This document shows positions 29,194 to 44,497 of a DNA stretch of 64,000 bases, in pieces (within the stretch, counting starts at the first letter, position 1; each line of letters begins with the position of its first letter). The notes beneath the pieces were generated by a model that saw only the letters and a list, made by a program, of their open reading frames with translations, had not been told where the DNA came from and searched no databases. Made by a program: the position numbers and the translations under genes. The DNA is from the human T2T-CHM13v2.0 reference genome, Homo sapiens, in the NCBI RefSeq assembly GCF_009914755.1, contig NC_060933.1; one strand, given 5' to 3'.

Positions 29194-31735
29194 TTTTTTT
29201 TTTTTTTTTTAATTTTTATTTTTTTTATTGATCATTCTTGGGTGTTTCTCGCAGAGGGGGATTTGGCAGGGTCATAGGACAATAGTGGAGGGAAGGTTGG
29301 CAGATAAACAAGTGAACAAAGGTCTCTGGTTTTCCTAGGCAGAGGACCCTGCGGCCTTCTGCAGTGTTTGTGTCCCTGGGTACTTGAGATTAGGGAGTGG
29401 TGATGATTCTTAACGAGCATGCTGCCTTTCAAGCATCTGTTTAACAAAGCACATCTTGCACCGCCCTTAATCCATTTAACCCTGAGTGGACACAGCACAT
29501 GTTTCAGAGAGCACAGGGTTGGGGGTAAGGTCACCGATCAACAGGATCCCAAGGCAGAAGAATTTATCTTAGTACAGAACAAAATGAAAAGTCTCCCATG
29601 TCTACTTCTTTCTACACAGACACAGCAACCATCCGATTTCTCAATCTTTTCCCCACCTTTTCCCCCTTTCTATTCCACAAAACCGCCATTGTCATCCCGG
29701 CCCGTTCTCAATGAGCTGTTGGGTACACCTCCCAGACGAGGTGGTGGCTGGGCAGAGGGGCTCCTCACTTCCTAGTAGGGGTGGCCGGGCAGAGGCGCCC
29801 CTCACCTCCTGGACGGGGCGGCTGGCCGGGCGGGGGGCTGACCCCCCCACCTCCCTCCTGGACAGGGCGGCTGGCCGGGCGGGGGGCTGACCCCCCCACC
29901 TCCCTCCCGGACGGGGCGTCTGGCCGGGCGGGGGGCTGACCCCCCACCTCCCTCCCGGACGGGGCGGCTGGCCGGGCAGAGGGGCTCCTCACTTCCCAGT
30001 AGGGGCAGCCGGGCAGAGGCGCCCCTCACCTCCCGGACGGGGCGGCTGGCCGGGCAGGGGGCTGACCCCCCCACCTCCCTCCCGGACGGGGCGGCTGGCT
30101 GGGCAGAGGGGCTCCTCACTTCCCAGTAGGGGCGGCCGGGCAGAGGCGCCCCTCACCTCCCGGACGGGGCGGCTGGCCGGGCGAGGTGCTGATCCCCCCA
30201 CCTCCCTCCCGGACGGGTCGGCTGGCCGGGCGGGGGGCTGAGCCCCCCACCTCCCTCCCGGATGGGGTGGCTGGCCCGGCAGAGGGGCTCCTCACTTCCC
30301 AGTAGGGGCGGCTGGGCAGAGGCGCCCCTCACCTCCCGGACGGGGCGGCTGGCTGGGCGGGGAGCTGACCCCACCTCCCTCCCAGACGGGGCGGCTGGCC
30401 GGGCGGGGGGCTGACCCCCCCCACCTCCCTCCCAGACGGGGCGGCTGGCCGGGCGGGGGGCTGACCCCCCCCACCTCCCTCCCGGACGGGGCGTCTGGCC
30501 GGGTGGGGGGCTAACTCCCCCACCTCCCTCCTGGACGGGGTGGCTGGCGAGGCAGAGGGGCTCCTCACTTCCCAGTAGGGGAGGCTGGGCAGAGGCGCCC
30601 CTCACCTCCCGGACGGGGCGGCTGGCCGGGCGGGGGGCTGACCCCCCCACCTCCCTCCCGGATGGGGCGGCTGGCCGGGCGGGGGGCTGACCACCCCCAC
30701 CTCCCTCCCGGACGGGGGGCTGACCCCCCCACCTCCCTCCCGGACAGGGCGGCTGGCCGGGCGGGGGGCTGACCCCCCCACCTCCCTCCCGGACGGGGCG
30801 GCTGCCGGGCGGAGAAGCTCCTCACTTCCCAGACGGGGTGGCTGCCGGGCAGAGGGACTCCTCACTTCTCAGACGGGGCGGATGCTGGGCGGAGGGTCTC
30901 CTCACTTCTCAGAGGGGGCAGCTGGGCAGAGACGCTCCTCACCTCCCAGACGGGGTTGCGGCCGGGCAGAGGCGCTCCTCACATCCCAGACGGGGCGGCG
31001 GGGCAGAGGCGCTCCCCACATCTCAGACGATGGGCGGCCGGGCAGAGACGCTCCTCACTTCCCAGATGGGATGGCTGCCGGGAAGAGGCGCTCCTCACTT
31101 CCTAGATGGGATGGCGGCCGGGCAGAGACGCTCCTCACTTTCCAGACTGGGCAGCCAGGCAGAGGGGCTCCTCACGTCCCAGACGATGGGCAGCCAGGCA
31201 GAGACGCTCCTCACTTCCCAGACGGGGTGGTGGCTGGGCAGAGGCTGCAATCTCGGCACTTTTGGAGGCCAAGGCAGGCGGCTGGGAGATGGAGGTTGTA
31301 GCGAGCTGAGATCACACCACTGCACTCCAGCCTGGGCACCATTGAGCACTGAGTGAACCAGACTCCGTCTGTAATCCCGGCACCTCGGGAGGCCAAGGCT
31401 GGCGGATCACTCGCTGTTAGGAGCTGGAGACCAGCCCGGCCAACACAGCGAAACCCCGTCTCCACCAAAAAAGTACGAAAACCAGTCAGGCGTGGTGGCG
31501 CGCGCCTGCAATCGCAGGCACTCGGCCGGCTGAGGCAGGAGAATCAGGCAGGGAGGTTGCAGTGAGCCGAGATGGCAGCAGTACAGTCCAGCTTCGGCTA
31601 GGCATCAGAGGGAGACCATGGAAAGAGAGGGAGAGGGTGACCGAGAGGGAGAGGGGAGAGGGGAGAGGGGAGAGGCGAGAGGGGAGAGGGGAGAGGCGAG
31701 AGGCGAGAGGGAGAGGCAGAGGCAGAGGCAGAACC
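29194..31735 (-). mobile_element. Full-length SVA (SVA_D-like)
   Basis: A-tail 29194-29223, AATAAA 29224-29229, SINE-R ~29230-29720, GC-rich VNTR ~29720-31240, Alu-like ~31240-31620, CCCTCT-type hexamer head ~31620-31730. Confidence 0.98.
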
Positions 31736-32182
31736 TGATCTTTTCAAAGAAACAAATTTTGGTCTTATTGATTCTTTCTATTGTTTTTCTGTTCTGTGTT
31801 TTGTTGTTTCCACTCCAACTTTTATTATTTACTTTCTTCTGCTAGATTTGGGCTTAATGTTTTCTTCTTTTTCTAGTTCTTTAAGGTATAAAGTTAGGTT
31901 ATTGATTTGAGATCTTTTTTTTTTCTTAACGTAGGCATTTATGGCTATAAATTTACTTCTGAGCATTGCTTTTGCTATATAAGTTTTGGTATGTTGTATT
32001 TTCCTAAGTATGTCCTATACCTTTTTGTTCCTCATTCCCTCCATTACCTTCTTTTGTGTTTGCGTTTTTAATTGTATATCATTTGATCCCCTTCTAATTT
32101 CCTTTTGTGTATAATTTTTGGATATTTTCTTGGTGATTATTATGGGGATTACAATTAATATCCTAAGTTTATAACAATCTGG

Positions 32183-32521
32183 TGTATTAGTTCATTTTCA
32201 TGCTCCTGCTAAAGACATACCCAAGAGTGAGCAATTTACAAAATAAAGAGGTTTAATGGACTTACTGTTCCACATGGCTGGGGAGGCCTCATAATCATGG
32301 TGGAAGGTGAAGGGGACGTCTCACATGGCAGCAAATAAGAGCTTGTGCAGGGAAACTCCTCTTTTTCAAACCATCAGATCTTGTGAGACTTGTTAACTAT
32401 CATGAGACCAGCATGGGGAATGACCTGCCCCCCATGATTCAATTACGTCCCACCCCTCCCCTCCCACAACATGTGGGAATTCAAGATGAGATTTGGGTAG
32501 GGACACAGCCAAACCATATCA
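32183..32521 (-). mobile_element. THE1B-like solo LTR
   Basis: tgtattag...ccaaaccatatca with a perfect 5-bp TSD TCTGG (32178-32182 / 32522-32526). Confidence 0.93.
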
Positions 32522-33309
32522 TCTGGTTTTGCCCACCTAGTTTCAATAGCACATAAAAACTCTACTCCTTTACAACTCCATTTTTCTCTTTTATATTATT
32601 GTTACAAATTACATTTTTATACGTGTGTGCTCATTAAAATAGCCATAATTGTTTTATGCATTTGCCTTTTATTTATATAGGAAACAATAAGGAGCTACAT
32701 ACCAAACATATGTTAATATTGGCTTTTATATTTACCTATGTGGTTATCTTCACTGGAGTTCTTTATTTCTTCATAGTTTCGACTTACTGTTTAGTGTCCT
32801 TTTATTTCAGCCCGAAGGACCCTTTTTAGCATTTCTTGTAGCGTAGGTAGGTCTACTAACAGTGAAATTTCTTGGCTTTGGGGTGACTTTTAATGCTTTA
32901 CTTTTTTCATTTTTGACGGACAATTTTACCAGATAGAGAATTCTTAGTAGGCAGGTTTTTTTTTCTTTCAGCACTTTAAATATGTTGTCCCATTGCTTTT
33001 TCACCTTCATAGTTTCTGATAAGAATTTCCCTGTTAATCCTTTTGAAGATTCCTTCTATGTAATGAGCTTGCTTCTCTTGCTGTTTTCAAGATTCTGTTT
33101 CTTTCAACAGTTTGATTATAATGTGTCTCAATGTGAATCTCTGTGTGTATCTTTCTTAGAGCTTATTGAACCTTTTGGATGTATAATTTAATGTCTTTTA
33201 TCAAATTTTGGAAGCTTTCAAAGCCAATATTTTGTCAAATATTATTTCCGTCCCTTTCTGTCTCTCCTTTCTTTTTGGGACTCCCATTATTATATGTTGG
33301 TGTGCATGA

Positions 33310-33696
<387 letters not shown>

Positions 33697-33826
33697 TGAT
33701 CCCTTTTTGCAGTTTTAATCTCTTTGCTAATACTCTGTTTTTGTTAAAACATCATTCTCCTGGTTTCTTTTAACTCCTTGTTCATGGTTTCCTTTAGCTC
33801 TTCAAGCATATTCACAACTTATTTTG

Positions 33827-34185
<359 letters not shown>

Positions 34186-34226
34186 TTAATTTCTTCTGTG
34201 GATGGGCCATAGTTTTTGTTTCTTGA

Positions 34227-34539
<313 letters not shown>

Positions 34540-35280
34540 AGGTTTTGTGATTTTGTTGTTGTTGTGGTTAAGAATTGGATATTTTAATGTGGTGGTAACT
34601 CTGGAAATCAGATTCTTCTCATTCCTCAGAGTTTATTTTTGTTGCTTGCAGTGGACTATGGCTGTTTGTGTTTGGACTTGCAAAAATTATTTTTGTAAAG
34701 TTGATGTTTGTCATGTGTGGTTTCTGAAGTCTCTGTTCCATTAGCTTGTGTTCAGCTAGTATTTTGATAGGGATTTCCTTGAATGCCAAGAGCCTAAATA
34801 AATAATTAAAATAAAGGAGGAAAAACAAAAAGAAGAAAGGAAAAAAGGGAAAGAAAAAACCCCTTTCTCAGCCTTTGTGGATTGTCTCTGTTTGGGGACA
34901 TTCCTTCATCACTTGGTAAGGTCATTTACGACTGTGCCTTAGTTTTTACTTCTGTTTGTATTGAGCCTAGAGGTCAGCCACAGTATTCTTGGGTCTTTGC
35001 TGAGCATGTGTCCTGCCCTGAGCATACCCATGACTTTCTGAATTTCATAGTATATATGATGCTTTTAAATGTCCTAATTTCTCTAAGAAACATTCTCCCT
35101 TCGCTAGCCTTTTCTTTTAGGCTTTTGTTACTTTACTGTTTGCCTCACCTAAAGTCTTTTGCCCCAGGTGGCTGCACATCTTTTCTTTTACTTATAATGT
35201 TTTGGAAGAATATCCCCTGTTTTTCTGCCCTGAGTGAGATCTGAATTAGGTGAAACAGACAAGCGCCTTGTGTCAGTTCT

Positions 35281-35850
35281 TGGGATGGTTAATATTAGTT
35301 GTCAACTTGATTGGGTTGAAGGATGCCTAGATAGCTGGTAGAGTATTGTTTCTGGGTGTGTCTGTGAGGGTGTTGCCAGAGGAGGTTAACATTTGAGTCA
35401 GTGGCCTGGGAGAGGAAGATTTACCCTCAGCGTGGGTGGGCACCATTCAATCAGCTGCCAGTGCAGCTAGAACAAAGCAGGAAGAAGGTGGGGTAACCTG
35501 GCTTGCTAAATCTTCTGGCTTTCATCTTTCTCCCATGCTGGATGCTTCCTGTCCTTGGACATCAGACTCCAGGTTCTTCGGCCTTTGGACTCTTGGACTT
35601 ACATCAGTGGTTTCCCAGGGGCTTCTGGGCCTTTGGTCACAGACTGAAGGCTGCACTGTCGTCTTCCCTACTTTTGAGGCTTTTTGACTTGGACTAAGCC
35701 ACTACTGGCTTCCTTCCTCCTCAGCTTGCAGACGGCCTATTGTGAGACTTCACCTCGTGATCATGTGAGTCAATTCTCCCTAATAAATTCTCTTTCATTT
35801 ATACATATATCCTGTTAGTTCTGTCCCTCTGGAGAACACTGACTAATACA
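35281..35850 (+). mobile_element. MLT2A-like ERVL solo LTR
   Basis: tg..atggttaatatt..tgtcaacttgattgg..gaaggatgc start; ctgtccctctggagaacactgactaataca end. Confidence 0.88.
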
Positions 35851-36837
35851 ATTTTTAAGGCTGGCCCCAGAAACAAACATAGTTCTTGAGAATAAGATCT
35901 CTTCTGCTTTCTTCAGAACCAGGGACCAGTATCCCACAGTGGAAATTCAGGCGGCTGACTTTGAGCCTGCCACTAAACCAGGTTGGGAGATGATACAAGG
36001 GAAAGTAAAAATGTCACAAGACTCTCATTTTAAAGGTGACTGTTTAAAGTCGCTTTTTTTTTTTTTAAGTTCAGTGTTTACATGGTTGCTGTAAACCTTT
36101 GACTATTTTCTAGCATACTGAAAAATTTGATTCTGATCGTTTTCTCTTGATTTTTTGATGTTACTGTGGAAGAACTGGCCCTTGGTCTACCTACTCCATT
36201 TCCTGCTGATATCACTCCCAAAAGGGGGAAATTAGTTTGAATATGTTGAGTTTGAGGTACTATGAGAAGGCCCAGTGAATATATCTCACAGGTAATTAGG
36301 TATAAGAGCTTGAATCTTTCTTTCTAAGAGAGGAGATTTGAGCTACACATATGAACTGAGATGTCACCTGCTTATCATGGAAAATGCAAGGGTGTTTAAG
36401 ATCATCAGGGAGAGTTCCAGGGCATACCACCATAGATGAGTTCACAGTAGAGGCAGAAAACCAATGGGCACAAAGTACAAGGAAAACCAGGAGCCTGTGG
36501 TACAGTGAAAGGTGTTCTTATCATAAGTTATTTTAGTAGAATGGTGACATTTGAATGAAAAGAAAAAGGGAATTAGATAGCGATTAGGAGGTGATATAAG
36601 GTGAAAGACTTCTTTTTACTCTTTTATATGGACAGGAGATTTGAGCATTAGGTTTGGAGTTGTGGGAGGACCTGTGGAGAGAATAGAGTAGAACAGGGAT
36701 GAATGATGGAGCAGAGTCTTAGAGGAGAACAGAGGAATAGAGTTAAGAGCACAAATAGAGTTGGCTTTCAGTAGATGTCGGGACATTTCGATTTTTAAGA
36801 CTGGAGATAAAGTGAGAGATAGGTAAGTATGTAGAGA

Positions 36838-37134
<297 letters not shown>

Positions 37135-37136
37135 TA

Positions 37137-37365
37137 TTTTTAGTTTTTATTTATTTTTTATTTTTTCGAGACAGGGTCTTGCTCTGTCACCCAGGCTGGA
37201 GTGCAGTAGCATGATCATGGCTCACTGCAGCCTCAACCTCCTTAGCTCAAGTGATCCTCCCAACTCAACCTCTTCAGTAGCTTGGACTGCAGGTGTACAC
37301 CACCACACCTGGCTAATTTATTTATTTACTTGTAGAAATGGGGTCTCGCTGTGTTGCCTAGGCTG
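37137..37365 (-). mobile_element. 5'-truncated AluJ
   Basis: TSD ATGTAGAGA at 36829-36837 and 37366-37374. Confidence 0.9.
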
Positions 37366-38700
37366 ATGTAGAGAAGTTTATAAGTGGGAATTGGAAAGCT
37401 GAGGGAAAGTGTACTGCATGGATTAACTTTTTTTTTTTGATGAGCAGGAAAGATAATCTCTTCAGTAAGTTGGGCTGTGATGAAGTAGAGTTTGAAGGGA
37501 GTGATGAAGTCCTGGAATAGTTACTCCAGATAATGAAAGAGTGAGCTGGCCAAGGATAAGAAAAGTATTGTCAGATTGAAGACTCAGCTGAGGTTGGAGA
37601 CTGAAATTGAAATGGCACTATCATGACCACTTGTCATTTCTCTAGCAGGTTAACATCGACTACAACTTGAGTATATGCTTGGGGCTTGCTTGGCAAATGA
37701 GAGAAAAGGATAGGGTGAAATGGATTATAGGGGTCTGTTGCAAGAATAGTTAAGATGTTCAACCATATAATCCATTTTGCATAGATGGGAAAGGTAAAGG
37801 AGTGGCTGATAGATGAGAAAATGGAGGGATTTTAGGATTGTTTGGTTTAATTAAATTGAGGAATAAATAGGTGGAGTGCAAGAAAGGGAAGGTGACTGGC
37901 GGAGTAAAAGACTGTTATCATAGGATGAGACATTTGAATTTTATTTCAGAAATGAAGCACTTCTAGGTGATGGATGATAAAGTTCAGGATGTGGCCCTGG
38001 GAGCTTGTGTGTCAAAGTGAAATGGAGCTAAAGGTCATTGGTGATTTATTTATTTTTTAAGGAGGTCAGAGAACTGTAAGGCTAGGTTGTTGGTTGAATA
38101 TCTTATATGCTCCCTGAAGCCAGACTCATGGAATTACTTGGGATAGAGAAGGAGACTGAATCTTGTGCCAACATTTTAAATGAATGTGACAATTATTAAT
38201 ATTAGTTAATAACCAACAGTGGATGCTACCTTGCCAAGTTAATTTTTCTTAGATAATTAGTTGTTTAATGTGGAGATCATGCTATGGTCAGTTTATTTAG
38301 AAAAGCAGAATATTAAGTTAGGAAAATGAAACCCATATAAGCACTGTTCATACCATAAATTTATTATGTGAATATTTACTAAATTCTTATTCTGGGACTT
38401 GAAGTTGCTTGCAGCCAAGGGGAAGAGACAAATTTCTAAACAGATAATTGATATAGTGTGCTCAATGTTACAGTAAAGCAGTGGTGTCGTGGGAAGGACA
38501 TATCCCAAAACCCATTGGGATGGGCAAGAAAATATCAGAACTTCTACTTACATTTATCTATTCATTGTCTGTACTTTCGTTATAATTTGTTAATACAAAA
38601 GATTTCAGACAATATAAAAGCATAGATAAAATACAAAAACACTAATGTTCCTGGCATTTAAGAAATAAAATATTACAGATGTAATTGAAAGCTTGCTGTG

Positions 38701-39073
<373 letters not shown>

Positions 39074-39327
39074 TCACCATTCTTATTAGTGTTTACTAAT
39101 ATTGCATGTTTTTGAACCTTTAAGATTGTTTCATACTGTTGTTATCTTTCTATGATTTGCTTTCACTCAACACTTATTTTAAGATTTTCAACATTGACAC
39201 ATTTAGTTCAAGTTAATTCATTTTTCCTGCTGTATCGTATTCTATTGTGATTATTCTGTAATTTCCTTCTTAATTCTTGTGATGATAGATATTGAAATTG
39301 CTCCAATTTTTCCTATTATAAAATTTC

Positions 39328-39860
39328 AGTTGTCAATTGCTGCATAAGGAATAGCCCTAAAATTTAGTGACTGAAAACAGCAAACATTTATCATCTCATG
39401 GTTTCTGTGGGTTAGATAGCTAGACATAGTTTAGCAGGGTGCCACTGTGTTTAGTTTCTCACAAGATTTCAGTCAGGTGACAGTGGGCTGCAGTTATCTT
39501 GAGAGTCACTTGGGGGAGGGTTTGCCTCTCTGCTCACTCACATGACTATTGACAGTACTCAGTCCTCACTGACTGATGGCCAGAGACATCAGTTCTTCCC
39601 TACTTGGGCCCCCCATTTTAGGGCAGCTTACAGCATGGCAGCTGGCTTCCCTCAGAGTGAGTGAGTGAGTGAGACAGGGAACCCAATTTGGAAGTCACAG
39701 TGTTTTTGTAACCTAATCTTGGAATCCCATTACTTCTGCCATATTCTGTTTGGTAGGGTGAAGTCATTAAGATCAGTCCATGCTCAAGGGGAGGCTACTA
39801 CATAGGGTGTGAATAGTAGGCAGTGGGACCATTGGAGCCTTCTTAGAGGCTGCCTACCAC
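39328..39860 (-). mobile_element. MLT1 (F/G-like) MaLR LTR
   Basis: attgctgcataa..aaaatttagtgactgaaaacagcaaacattt...ttagaggctgcctaccac. Confidence 0.8.
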
Positions 39861-40301
39861 TCTGGGTGAAAGGGTATACATCATCCATTTTATTATTTAA
39901 TAGATATTATGAAATATTCCTATTGTGGCTATTCTAATGTATACTTTCCTAAAAAGTAAGAATTTAAGCTTTACTAGTGTTTAAAATAGGAATCAATATT
40001 GGTGGTTTGTGTGTTAGAAGCTTACTTAGAGCATTCAGGATTGAGAAGAAATAGTGGGAGTTCCAGGTTTGTTTTGATAGATTACCACTTTCTGTTCCTG
40101 GTTGGGAGTATTTGTATTTTGTAGATGTAACTAAACTGATGCTCATCAAATGGACAAGTTATCTGAAGACATCTGCAAAGAAATACGTGGATTAAAATAA
40201 GAGGAATAATGTAAGTGTATAATAAGAAAGTGGGAGAAATGATACTTCTACTCTTGATATAAGCTCTTAGTCAACTGTGTATGAGGGAAAGATAATTTTG
40301 A

Positions 40302-40663
<362 letters not shown>

Positions 40664-40687
40664 AACTATTTCTTTATAATTTAATTT

Positions 40688-41329
<642 letters not shown>

Positions 41330-41390
41330 TAATTGTATATTAATAGTGCCTTAAGATGTTAGCTAATAATTGTAGTACACATACATTTTT

Positions 41391-41391
41391 A

Positions 41392-41454
<63 letters not shown>

Positions 41455-41487
41455 CTGTCAATCATCTGTCATCTATCTATCTGTCTA
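41391..41487. repeat. Compound (TCTG)n(TCTA)n microsatellite
   Basis: Directly visible. Confidence 0.95.
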
Positions 41488-41489
41488 GC

Positions 41490-42138
<649 letters not shown>

Positions 42139-42139
42139 T

Positions 42140-42179
42140 ACACACACACACGCACGCACGCACGCACGCACGCACGCAT
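42140..42179. repeat. (CA)n(CACG)n tract
   Basis: Directly visible. Confidence 0.95.
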
Positions 42180-42730
42180 ATAAATAAATAAATATTGGAG
42201 AGTACATGATCAAATCTGTAGACTCTTATACTAGAATCCTAGATGTAGGAAAAGAATACTGTGGGAGTAAAGAGGAGGGAGCAACTAACTGCCTAAAGGA
42301 AGTCAGGAAAGGCTGCACAGAGGAGGTAGATTTTGAGCTGGGTCACAAAGGACAGAAAAAAGACCTTTTTGGTAGAGGAAACAGCATTTTCAAAGGAACA
42401 GATCCTTCAGGGTATGGCTCTTTGAAGATTGGTAATAACTTTTGTAGGTGCTTAGTGTCAGAAATATTAGGGGAGGTGAAGGAAAATGAGAATGGAGATG
42501 TAGGAGGTAGCCAGAAGGTAGGCTCTGTAGAGCTAGTGGAGATCAATTAAATAGGAAATTGACATGATCCACTAGAACTAAGGAGTCCCTTAGTTCCCTG
42601 ATTGGAAACTGGCTAGTTTGGCCCATAGTGGTATCCTTTAGGTCAAGACTTCCAGAGCCAGCCTTAGCTTATAGCTCCCAGTGATAGGGAGCAGTGGTTT
42701 CCCATTGAGAATTTCAGGGCATTGTTTTAG

Positions 42731-43100
<370 letters not shown>

Positions 43101-43173
43101 GAGGTATACTTAATTTATGATAAATTGTGCTTATTTAAAATGTACAATTTGATAAGTTTTAAAAAAATATATT

Positions 43174-43915
<742 letters not shown>

Positions 43916-44327
43916 TAAAGTTTCTTTGTACCCTTTGGGTAAATTTTAAAAATGTAATACGTTATATTAAATATATATAAAATAAAGCTATTATTGTAGG
44001 GAATTTAGTGAGCGATTGTATTTTAAAAACCTTTCCATTATGAAGATTTAAAAACATACAGAGAGAGTAATGTTATAAACTTCTGTGTACCCAATCACGC
44101 AACTTAAATTTGTGTGATAACATTTTTAATCTTATAATGTTTACAATTTTTGTTTTCTTACAAATATGATGTTTTCTTACAAAAGCCTGATAAACTGAAT
44201 TCTTAATTTTACAAATGAGGAAATTAAAATGTGGATAAATTGAATCGCTTGAAAAAATGTTTAAGTTATGGAAATGCGGGAGTTGATGAGGAGGAAAAAA
44301 CATATTTTCTGCTTCTGTGTTTACTGG

Positions 44328-44497
44328 ACCCTTGCTACTCAAAAGTGTTCTCTGTGGACTGGCAGCATGGCCATCACCTGGGAGCTTATTAAAACTGAAG
44401 ATACTCACACCCCACCTCAGAACTACTGAATCAGAAATTGTATTTTAACAAGATTCCCAGGTAATCATATACACATTACAGTTTGAGAAGCTCAGTG
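44328..44497. mobile_element. MER5A1-like hAT MITE
   Basis: ccttgctactcaaaagtg...catcacctgggagctt...tttgagaagc. Confidence 0.85.

Noticed and set aside
29180-31734. Alternative model: SVA inserted locally into a resident L1MB fragment with TSD CAGAAC
   Set aside because: The L1MB fragment does not continue after the SVA. A longer TSD plus an outer poly(A) and signal explains both junctions.
29232-31845. Many overlapping Pro/Gly/Arg-rich ORFs
   Set aside because: They are translations of the SVA SINE-R, VNTR and Alu-like regions; GC-rich repeats lack stop codons.
42206-42550. 114-aa Glu/Gly/Lys-rich ORF
   Set aside because: Purine-rich, L2-like degenerate sequence with no splice or homology support.
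42575-42596. 9-bp hairpin GAACTAAGG/CCTTAGTTC
   Set aside because: Short enough to arise by chance in 64 kb.
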